A stretch of DNA of 64,000 bases, from NCBI RefSeq assembly GCF_001194135.2, contig NC_068985.1, positions 63,547,867 through 63,611,866 of the forward strand. The letters are read 5' to 3'. The translations under genes and the position numbers were made by a program. The first letter of the stretch is position 1, and each line of letters begins with the position of its first letter. This document shows, one piece after another, positions 1-11,500 of the stretch. Origin of the DNA: Octopus bimaculoides (taxonomy: Eukaryota). The notes beneath the pieces were generated by a model. The model was not told where the DNA came from. It worked only from the letters and a program-made list of their open reading frames with translations, and made no database searches.

Positions 1-193
1 AACTGCCCTTTTTAGCATGCAAGAAGTCCTGTCAGAGATCTTCTCTTTGTGTACATATCTTTATACACTCTTATATATGAAAATATATTGTCTTTTATTA
101 CGCATGCGAACCACTGGTAATAAATTATTCTGATATTTTAACCTTAAGATTTACGTTTGCAAAATGTTGTTCACGTAGCATAAATATAGTACA

Positions 194-231
<38 letters not shown>

Positions 232-243
232 TATATATATATA

Positions 244-278
<35 letters not shown>

Positions 279-899
279 TGTACTATATTTATGCTACGTG
301 AACAACATTTTGCAAACAAAATATTTTAATATGGAATTTCATATATGTGTGTGTGGAATTGTTATATATGTGTGTGTGTGAAATTGTTAAAGTAAATATT
401 ATTTACGATAAAAGTTTGCGCAATGACTTGAGTAAATCCTCTCACAACAGTTCACTTGCATTGAGTATCTCTGACTACCAAACCATTTATTCCTCAGTTT
501 CTTTCTGCCACTGTGACCGATGTGAAACATCGCATTTTATTGTATGGAATGTAGTAGTTAAGATATAAGAAAACAGAATGAGCTTTCAGATATATATTGA
601 TACATTTTATCGTTTACTCCTCCCTCTGCTTAAACTGTATTGGTGTTTTTTGAACATCTCACCTACACATCTGCTCTCTGTAATTCTCTTTCTCCCGCTG
701 TCTTCTTTCAATATATCTTCTATTCTGTCTGTCTTTTTCATTATATATTTTTCTGTCATATTTCTCAGATCGCTTTTTCATATCTTCATAACAAACAGTC
801 ACTTATAGGGATAGGAAGCTCCTTCAACTTCTTGAGGATTTCAGATCAAACTGCAAAACCAACATCAGTCTCCGTAGCTTCTCTTCTTGTTTTCCCTCC

Positions 900-2030
900 T
901 AGAAAACGGTGAGCTACTTCCAACCATAAAGATATTACTCTGCTGTCAGCAGCTGGCAATGTTCTAGCAAGTATTCTTCTTTCCCGCCTAAATAATACCT
1001 TGTAAATGATATCCCATCTGAATCTCAGTGTGGCTTCCATTCTGGTAGGGGAACAATGGATACGATCTTTACAGCAAGACAGATGCAGAATGATGGGATG
1101 GAGGCATGGATCAATGTCAGTGGTGGGATTGCTGGACCCATCCCTGTAGAGAATAGTACCGAGCATGGTAGTATCCTTGCTGCAACTCTCTTTTCTTTGT
1201 ATTTTAACTGCTATTCTCACTCTTGCTGTAGATTGCTCCTCTGTGATGAGGTGCCGAACTTCTAGTCTCTTCAACCTGCGTCGATATTTACGGCCCTTTC
1301 GAAAGATTTTAAATTTCTAATTCATACCCTCTTTTATGCAGATGGTTGCGACTTAGTTGCTTATACAATTGAAGATATGCAAATTCTTATGGATCATATT
1401 TCTGCATCTTGTAAGGTATTTGGACTCAGCATTAGCCTGGACAAGACTTGTAATGTTCTTGTCTGCACCAGACCTTAGTTGAAGGAACAGTACTGGGAGT
1501 GGTTGACAAGTTTGTCTAATTGGGAAGAAAACTCAACCAGTATTGTTCTTTGGATGATGAAATATTTTTAAGGTTTCATTTCAAAAGGCAACTGAATGCT
1601 TCAGGATTCTTGACTCTCGTGTCTGGTCTCAATATGGCATTACAAGGTGAACAAAAATTGCTATGTACCGTGCGCACGTGTGTGCAGACATCGCTACCTT
1701 ATTCATGTGAAACATATACTCTTTACAGGCATCATGTAAATGTCTTTGAATACTTCCATCAGAGATGTCTGAGGGACATTCTGTATGTTGGCTGGTCTTT
1801 GCGGATTCCAGACACTGATCTTGAGGGGAACCGATATCCTGAACATTGAGGCAACGATGCACAAGTACTGATTATGCTGGATTGGGCACCTTGTTCAAAT
1901 GAACGATAGAAAGATTTCTAAACAACTGCTATATGGTGAACTTGTTTGTGCTCCCCACCCCACCAGAAACCAAGACTATAGTTTAAGGATTGTATAAAGT
2001 TCACGTTGAAGGCATGTGAGTCACGGTGTG
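900..2030 (+). mobile_element. Degenerate RTE-clade LINE, RT and 3' part
   Basis: Broken frames encode ITLLSAAGNVLASILLSRLN, RGTMDTIFTARQMQ and KQLLYGEL. Confidence 0.75.
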
Positions 2031-2566
2031 TGTGTGTGTTTAGTGTTAACTGTTGGGAAAAAAGCGTGCTGAGTACCATGCCCACTCCTACTTCTTCTTT
2101 TCCTTTATTTCTTCTTTACCTGTTTCCTTTTTTTCTTTCACTCTCTCTTTTTCCTCTTCCTTTCTGTTAAAGCATGTGTCTAAGAGAAAGTCATTCTGAT
2201 ATAAAACTAGACATGCATAGAAAGGCATTGGATATTTTGGGGATCTTTTGCCTGTGCTTGAGATTGTGGCCCTCTCACACTCCTGTGCCAGTGACCCATA
2301 TTGTAGTCACTGGATTATGCCAGTAGTGTGGAAGAGGTATGAAGTGCTATGCAAACCTTTTTGGACCTAAAAGTTTAGGTTGTTCATTCATCAGTAAGGC
2401 AACTATCTAATGCCCCATTGAGTGGGCAGGCAACACAGCAAGCATGGAAGCTGCAGAGGCAAACACAGACGAAGCTGATGCTGGTGCAGTAACCTGTTGC
2501 ACAGGCATCGCATGCACAATAGTCAGTGATGGCCTTCCTCAGTTATAAGTGGACAGTCATCATCAT

Positions 2567-2615
<49 letters not shown>

Positions 2616-2780
2616 ACGTATATATGCTTATACTCACATATTATTTGTATTATTACATTACAGATATAGGGTAAAGGATTATTAATAAATTAATAATTAA
2701 TAATTTTACCAAGTAGTTCGGTATGGAAAAAACTATTATAGGTAAAAACTTATACAAAAAGTTGTTTTATAATTATAAAC

Positions 2781-3461
2781 ATAATTTAGGTATCAACAAA
2801 TGTTGCTTCACCACATACCGAAATTTAGAAATAGCAGTTAAAGTATTAATTCTACTACTACAATATGTTTCCACAGATAGCAATACTTGTAACTCACACA
2901 GGCTAAAGAGAAGAAAATTAACGAAACCAACCAGCCTTAGTTAATCATGTACGCGTTTCGGGATTAGAATGGTGTAAAATTCATTTCCTTCTTCAGCATT
3001 ATATTCCAGATTATAAATTTGAAAATGCTGACAAAAAACCATGCATGCTCGATCAGGCGACATCGAACATCACATAAGAGAAACAGCATTTCCGAATTTA
3101 TATAGACGAGTAAGTCTGTATCCATCCTGAAGATTCACCATGTGCATCACAAGCAGTACCGCAGAAAATCTGCAGTTTACTATCAGGGAGTGAATAATCA
3201 TAGCTTTTTGTCAGCATTTTCAAATTTATAATCTGGAATATCATGTTGAAGAAGGAAATGAATTTTACACCATTCTAATCCCGAAACGCGTACATGATTA
3301 ACTAAGGCTGGTTGGTTTCGTTATTTTTCTTCTCTTTTGCCTATGTGAGTTACAAGTATTGCTATCTGTGGAGACATATTGTAGTAGTAGAATTAGTACT
3401 TTAACTGCTATTTCTAAATTTCGGTATGTGGTGAAGCAACTTTTGCTGATCCCTAAATTAT
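2781..3461. repeat. Foldback/MITE-like element with about 257-bp inverted arms
   Basis: 2781-3037 is the near-perfect reverse complement of 3205-3461; mirrored ORFs on both strands in the track. Confidence 0.9.
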
Positions 3462-4056
3462 ATGTATATATATATATACACACACACATAATTGCTGTGG
3501 TTTTGCAAGCAATGAATCAATAATTAGTGTATTAAAAAATTTAAACATTTAATTGAAGTTCCATGGAACAGTTGTTGCTGCTTGAATAAGAATTTTGCTT
3601 CAGATATACCAATGTACTTAACAAATTGTGGAGAGAGAAATCTTCCCAAGGACAGGATGCTAGTCCCTATTTTATGCACAAAGAAAAATAATAGAGCCCA
3701 AGGAAACTGGTAATAATCTGTATCAGAAAGGATCAGTTTAATATAATATAAAGAAGTGGTCAGTCTTTGCAGAAGGAACCTAGTCACACATCAGAGATGT
3801 TTGAACTAGGTTGAACTATCCACCACCCATACCACATGGTCATTAACATACTTTACAATCTATTTTGTTGTACTTACCTTTTCCAGAAAAGAACTGATCA
3901 ATTCTACAGCATGACTATGTCAAGACATACTTATATGTTGTTTCCAGAATCATAATGAAACTCCTAGAGCTGATACAAAGCTGGATACAAGAGTAAATGC
4001 TACAAAACCACACACACACAACTACTTCATCTGTCATCTGGAGACTGCATGTTTAG

Positions 4057-4085
<29 letters not shown>

Positions 4086-4087
<2 letters not shown>

Positions 4088-4421
4088 AAAAACAAGAAAG
4101 AAAATGCTACTTTCTTAAAATTGGGTACATTTTAATTTTCCTTTTACATGTTTCGGTTTTTGAAAAACCTTATCAAAAATATATGCTAAAATGGAATATG
4201 TAAAAAGGAAAGAACTATTAAAAAAATTGAATTAAAATTAAAATTCAAAGTTTACTTTTCTTTTTCCTGCAAGAACGCATGATATCTTTTGGTTCTGGTA
4301 GCATGACAAATTCAACTGACTCTGACTGCAAATTAAAGGTTTTTCAAAAACCGAAATATATAAAAGGAAAATTAAAATGTACCTAATTTTAAGAAAGTAG
4401 CATTTTCGTTCTTGTTTTTCA
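4086..4421. repeat. MITE-like element with about 85-bp inverted arms
   Basis: 4086-4170 is the reverse complement of 4337-4421 with few mismatches. Confidence 0.85.
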
Positions 4422-4478
4422 TAGATATCTACTTACTCGTGTGTTACCTCTACAAATCTTTTCAAATATATATATATA

Positions 4479-4796
4479 TCTGTAAATAATATGTGACAAT
4501 TATTCGGTAGCCATAAGTTTCAGATGTCGGGGCGGAAACCCACGCCACCATCTCTTCAGTTATCTGGCCATTGAAAAAATACTATGAAACAAAGGGAATT
4601 TACTATGTGATTGACCGTTATTAAGACAAAAGAGCTATTAGAATGACAGCTAAGTGAGGGGAGGGAGTAATGGTAAGGGAGTCAAAAGGATCATAGTATT
4701 CACGTAAGTGCACCAGTCCATACATACACATGCACCGACATCCGAACTCGGAGTTTTATCATGGCTACCGAATAATTGTCACATATTATTTACAGA
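4479..4796. mobile_element. TA-flanked MITE (Tc1/mariner-type target site)
   Basis: TIR tctgtaaataatatgtgacaattattcggtagccat versus atggctaccgaataattgtcacatattatttacaga; TA on both sides. Confidence 0.8.
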
Positions 4797-5159
4797 TAAA
4801 TTCCTCTATTTACATAATATTGCGGTCTCTTTCTTTCTTTTGTTGTCTTACCTTTTCTATCAATATATATATATATATACACACACAGAAATAGACATGT
4901 ATGGAGTGTGTGCATGTGTATATGTCTTCAGGTAATATATTTCAATCCCCTGCCACAACATGTAGTACATCATATATCACATTCCCTTGCCTACAATATG
5001 GAGTATATCATATATCATGGAAATTCATTGATAAATATACAACAAACTCTATTTTTTCCTCAGTTTTTATTCAGCATGAATGAACAATATAAAATATGGG
5101 ACAGATTTGCTAAAACAAACATTTACACACACAAAGGCCTGTAATACACACAGGATAGA

Positions 5160-5316
5160 CCTCTTAACACTCAAAATGTGCAACAGTGTGCATGTGCGTG
5201 TGTACACATGCATATGTGTATATTTCACATATACCATGATACATACATACATACATATGTATATATAATGTAAATGCTTATATGAAATGTAAATGCATAT
5301 GTGTGTGTGTGTGTGA

Positions 5317-5383
<67 letters not shown>

Positions 5384-5915
5384 CACATGTATATGTATAA
5401 AATAATATATACATAATGACTATAGTATATATCATATAAAATATATTACATAAAATTCCTAAATATGTAATATAGATATACTTGACATAATGTACATAAT
5501 ATATACCTTTTATTATGTATAATATTGCATTACATATGATATATATATTATACATAAAAATATTTAATATACATATGAAATATATTGTCTGTCTGTATCT
5601 AATTATATAAATATATATATACATACTCTTGTATGCGTGTATTTGTTAAATTAAGGTTATTATTTAAAAGCAGGTTTAAGGTCAGTAACAAAATATTGAC
5701 TGAGAAGACTCAATACTGGAAATAGAATCAAATATATTAGAAAATTCATTTGATTAATTTTTCCCTGATTGTTTATCCAACTGTTTTTTTAGTTGAATAA
5801 GCTGTCAGCTGAATCAAATCTCAATCACAATGAAATATATATATATATAAACACACACATATATGAGCGTGTGTCTGTATATGCGAATTTATATGTATGT
5901 GTGTATATGTATGTG

Positions 5916-5946
<31 letters not shown>

Positions 5947-6135
5947 CTGTATAATTGCACAACACACATACATATATACTATGAACAAATGTTATGTTAT
6001 GTACATTATATACATTTCATACATAAGTATACACATTACATGCACTCTATATGTAGGTATGTATATATATATATATATATATATACACATACATATATAC
6101 TTGTACATATATATACTTCTGTGTGTGTGTGTATG
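5160..6135. repeat. Compound (TA)n/(TG)n microsatellite region
   Basis: Runs directly visible; similar tracts at 196-278, 21600-22200, 37020-37110, 45421-45494 and 52556-52760. Confidence 0.9.
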
Positions 6136-6853
6136 NNNNNNNNNNNNNNNNNNNNNNNNNNNNNNNNNNNNNNNNNNNNNNNNNNNNNNNNNNNNNNNNN
6201 NNNNNNNNNNNNNNNNNNNNNNNNNNNNNNNNNNNNNNNNNNNNNNNNNNNNNNNNNNNNNNNNNNNNNNNNNNNNNNNNNNNNNNNNNNNNNNNNNNNN
6301 NNNNNNNNNNNNNNNNNNNNNNNNNNNNNNNNNNNNNNNNNNNNNNNNNNNNNNNNNNNNNNNNNNNNNNNNNNNNNNNNNNNNNNNNNNNNNNNNNNNN
6401 NNNNNNNNNNNNNNNNNNNNNNNNNNNNNNNNNNNNNNNNNNNNNNNNNNNNNNNNNNNNNNNNNNNNNNNNNNNNNNNNNNNNNNNNNNNNNNNNNNNN
6501 NNNNNNNNNNNNNNNNNNNNNNNNNNNNNNNNNNNNNNNNNNNNNNNNNNNNNNNNNNNNNNNNNNNNNNNNNNNNNNNNNNNNNNNNNNNNNNNNNNNN
6601 NNNNNNNNNNNNNNNNNNNNNNNNNNNNNNNNNNNNNNNNNNNNNNNNNNNNNNNNNNNNNNNNNNNNNNNNNNNNNNNNNNNNNNNNNNNNNNNNNNNN
6701 NNNNNNNNNNNNNNNNNNNNNNNNNNNNNNNNNNNNNNNNNNNNNNNNNNNNNNNNNNNNNNNNNNNNNNNNNNNNNNNNNNNNNNNNNNNNNNNNNNNN
6801 NNNNNNNNNNNNNNNNNNNNNNNNNNNNNNNNNNNNNNNNNNNNNNNNNNNNN
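6136..6853. other. Assembly gap (N run)
   Basis: N run; others at 26697-27469, 37049-37058, 39568-40263, 50792-50891, 53238-53371 and 59285-59294. Confidence 1.
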
Positions 6854-6904
<51 letters not shown>

Positions 6905-8060
6905 GATAGATAGATAGATAGATGTAAATACTCAAATTATAGAAAGTATTAATACCAAGTATCATCAGCCTATCTCAACTTTTGTTGAACCCACCTTATT
7001 AATACATCGATTAGTTTAACATAAATGATGCACCAGGTTTCCCTGGAAAGGTAAACTTAGGATCTACCTACATACCACACTTATTTGTTGAGCACTCTAG
7101 AAAACAATTATCCACTATGATTGAACATAAATATTTATTTATATATATACACACACACACATGCAAACATACACACACATATTTATGCACATATAGAGTG
7201 TATATAAAGGAGATACATGCTATGAAGTTAGAGAGGAGTATTTGCCAAAGGGATGTTATTCAGTTACTCTGTACACATTTTGTGTAATAAAGTAGGGGAT
7301 ATATTTACCTGTTCATGCATAAATATATCACCTGAATCTAAAGAAGGAGAAGAAAGATCTTGAAATGCATCAGTTTAATACTTGCACCATTGCATTAATG
7401 TATTCATGTATGAACTTGTATGTACATGTAGTAGCTGGCCTGGCAGGGTGACATAAAGCAGGAATGGATTTCTGAGAGAGACATATATAGACAGATAGAG
7501 AGAGAGAGAGAGAGAAAGATGAAGAACTGGTTCATGTAGCAGACAAACCTTCAGATAAAAGACCACAAAGGACAGAAGAAGCTGCGGTTTTGAACAGCCA
7601 ACACTGACACAAGGAAATCCCACAGCTACTATGATCCCCAACAACAGCAAAGAATACTGCCAGTGTAATATGAGATCACATGACTGACACAACCAATCAG
7701 AATCCATATTTCTGTGAAAGAAAATGTGAGAGTGGAGCTACGATGCAATAAATATCAAACTCCTCAACTCACAACAATAGCAAGAAAATGAGTAGCCAAC
7801 CTGGGAACCAAAACAGTAGCAGACATGTCAGTAGGGTAGCAGTGAGTAGCATAATAAAAAATATTGGAGAGAACTTGTTAAATAACGGAATAAGCATACT
7901 GAAAAGTAGATATGATGACAATGTGATTGTATGATTGAATGTACAATTGCTGTCAATCAGCTCAACATGTGAGATGTTGTAGAAACAAGTGATGTAGTAT
8001 TTTACACCTGAACATTTACCATGGAATTTACCATGACTGAAAATGTTATGAGATTTGTTT

Positions 8061-8103
<43 letters not shown>

Positions 8104-8446
8104 ATGTGTGTGTTCTCTTGGACTTTCTTAGCTTCAAATCTATTTTGAAGTGGAGAAAAGTTACCAACTTCAACCCCTGACCAGTAGCATTGAGAAGATC
8201 TTGGTCCACTGGTGTCCAGGAGATCTGAAATAGACAGAGAAGGGTAGCTAACACTGTAGAGGGAACAAGGAAGCCATGCTATTAATAAGCCAACTTGTCT
8301 TCTCTCTAGCTAGCTAAAGCATGGCCAAGCTGGTGACCTTAGACTTGCAAACCACTGTCTCCAGTCTATCTTCCATCAATATTGTCTTTCAGTTAAAATG
8401 GTCACAGAACAGCAGCTGCAATGGAATTGCACAATTTCAGAATAAT

Positions 8447-8539
8447 TTATTGGATGCAGCTCTGAATTTTATCAATCCATTCCTGAGCAGACTTGGCATC
8501 AGTGTCCAGGAAGTTGTAAACTCTTCTCATTGTCCGCAG
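8447..8539 (-). CDS. SBF2: SBF-like last coding exon ([30 protein letters not shown])
   Basis: Acceptor tatttccag|CTG; ends in TAA; PH-domain C-terminal helix with the invariant Trp. Confidence 0.95.
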   Translation of the reverse strand: MRTMRRVYNFLDTDAKSAQEWIDKIQSCIQ

Positions 8540-11500
8540 CTGGAAATAGAAAACATTGAGGAGGCCATTAAACTAGAATATAACATCAATTTTACATAGA
8601 CAATCAATATTATATTATATTAACAATCAATATTATATCAAACTTATACTGACAATCAATGTCATATGAACTTTAGACTGACAATCATTGATATTTCAGT
8701 ATTATACTGGCAATATTATAAGCAGAAACATTAGCATGCCAAGCAAAATGTTTAGTAGCATTTCGTCTGTCCTTACATTCTGAGTTCAAATTCCGCCATG
8801 GTCAACTATGCTTTTCATCCTTTTGAGGTCAATAAAATAAGTACTAGTTGAGCACTGGGGTCCATATAATGTAGTTCCCCTTCTCCTGTACATGCTGACC
8901 ATGTGTCAAAATTTGAAATCAATATTATATCGACAATCAATATTACACCAATATAAGCCAAACAAGAGAGTGTTTAGATGGTAACTTAACTTGCTAGAAA
9001 CAGTAGGCAAATCCCTCAAATTAAGCCCAAATATCTTAAAATGAAAAACACATGGAGTAACATAATCCTAGATACAGTTAAGATGGGATGGTCAGAGATA
9101 GGAAGTCTTTAATCAGAGGTACACAACAACAATTTCACTAATTGTTTAAATGAGTTTTGTTAGCTCCAGATAGATTTAAACACCTAAATACTTGAAATTA
9201 ATAAATTACTGAAGCAAACATTGATCATTTTTTTTATTCTTCTTCAGAGTAATCTTTTGGCTGCACAAGGAAATGAAGTTTTTTTTTTGTAACTAGAGAC
9301 ACAGGTGTAAGGTTTAAATTCATCACCTTAGAGTAACTATACCAACACCATATTTCTACCATTCTCTCTGTCTCACAAGTTTTATTCCAGAATCTTCAAA
9401 ACTAATTAAATTTTAATTTTGAAATTTTGAAGACAAAAAAATATTGATTAAATCTAATATCTTTAACACTGAGATCAATAACCTCTGAAGTAACATGGAC
9501 TAAATGGACAGATAAATAGCCTAGTAAAATCAGCAACAGGATAGATATATATATTTCTTTATTGCCTACAAGGGGCTAAACACAGAGGGGACAAACAAAG
9601 GGACTAAGTTGATTACATTGACCCCAGTGCATAACTGGTACTTATTTAATCGACCCCGAAAGGATGGAAGGCAAAGTCGACGGAATTTGAACTCAGAATG
9701 TAATGGCAGATGAAATACTGCTAAGCATTTCACTTGGCGTGCTAATGATTCTGCCAGCTTGCCGCCTTATGTATGTATGTATGTATGTATGTATGTATGT
9801 ATGTATGTGTGTGTATGTGTGTGTGTGTGTGTATATATGTATGGATATACATATATATATACACACACATGCACAAACACACATATATATCCTATATCAT
9901 TAATAAATTATGACATGATGTTGGTATGCTCTGCTAGATGCGCAATGTCTGTGTATGTGTGACAGAGTGCTAGTGTACTGAAAGAAAAGTTAAGCATAAG
10001 AGGAATTAAATGCAGTGTACAAAAGAGAAGATTGCACTGCTTTGATCATATGATGCATATGGATGAGGACAGTTGCATAAAGAAGTGCCAATCAAAATGG
10101 ATGAAACTTGTGGAAAAGGAAACTTAGGAAGACAAAGTATTGAAAGCTGATCTTAAAATGCTAAGCTTCATAATGGAGATAGCAAAGGACTCAGATATCT
10201 GGCACCTTACTGTACTCCAGAAGACCTGTCCACCACAGCAGAATTGATATCCTAGAACCTCCTTGGTAATGCATCTCCATGGAGGGCTCTACTCAGTTAT
10301 CCTTCTCCCTCCACCCACATTTCATCCCCTAACACCCATCACTTCTGCTATCACCTGAGAGCAGAAGTACTGACACACACTAAACACCCTGGCTTTCTCA
10401 GTTATGTTTACTCTCCACACTCCAATAACCTTTCTTCTCTCACTTACTGTCTCTCCCCTTCTTGTGCTGCTCTCCATCAATTCCTCACTTACCTGCTATC
10501 ACACTCAATCCCCACCACTGAGCTTCTCCTATATTTATCTCCATTATTTGCTACAGTCACCTCATCCTGTCCACTCACCAACTTTTTTCACCTCACCTAT
10601 TCTCATCATCCCCAATGTCCCTTGAGAGCATGTCCCGACATCTCTGCCTTCATCACTCTCACTATCATTCTCCAACTGAAACTCCTTTGTTTTCCAGCTT
10701 GGGTATCCATCTATCTACTCTACAGTAAAACACCTAAATTTATCCCCTCTATAACTTAAGTCATTCAACTGACACAAAGCCACACTCCTACAATACTACT
10801 CCCCCCACCCAGTTGAGGGGTTTTATCTTGGAAGGTACTTGGTGACTCTATCAATGCTGGTGCCACATAAAAAAGCACTGGTGCTGATGCCATATAAAAT
10901 ACACTGGTAATGGTGCCATATAAGAAGCACTAGTGATGATGCTTCATAAAAAGCAATAGTGATGGTGCCATGTAATAAGCACTGGTGCCACATAAAAAAC
11001 ACTCTGTAAAGTGGTTGGCATTTGAAAGGGCATCCAGCTGTAGAAACCATACCAAACCATACAAAACAGATGATGGAACCAGGTGTGGCTTCTGGCTTTG
11101 TTAGCTTCAGTCAAACCATCCAACCTATGCCGACAAGGAAAGCATACGTTAAATGTTGATGATGATGATGATATGGCAACAACAACAACAGCAGCAGTTG
11201 GACACATACATGGAAATATGTTGGAGCAGAGCCCTTTAAGCTGTAACTAAATAACCACAGGTCCTCTTTTCGGATCCAGAGGGGGCAATGTTAAGTACAT
11301 ATGGCATTTAAAGGAAGAGGTAATGCCATACAGGATAAAATGGAAGCACCTGGAACAGCCTGGATCGTAGCTTAACAGGAGCAGACAATACAAAAAATTT
11401 GATTGATCTGGGGGCCTTCTTCCAAAAGTGAAATGTTTAGTTGGTGTCCTCATTAGAGAAAATTTTTGTTGGAGACATGGAATTCCTCACTTGCTGACAA

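Noticed and set aside
125-319. Poly-Asn/poly-Leu ORF and (AAT)n/(ATT)n palindrome
   Set aside because: Head-to-head trinucleotide microsatellites, common in this type of genome.
3524-3787. 87-aa ORF as a second gene
   Set aside because: No recognisable motif and no consistent coding exon chain; kept only as part of the splice-signal finding.
5863-6965. ORFs of 260-348 aa in the track (also 26618-27556 and 39421-40414)
   Set aside because: They run through N gaps and TA/TG microsatellites; artefacts.
7769-8254. 161-aa ORF just downstream of the SBF stop
   Set aside because: It crosses a (CA)n tract giving THTHTH, has no recognisable domain and has UTR-like composition.
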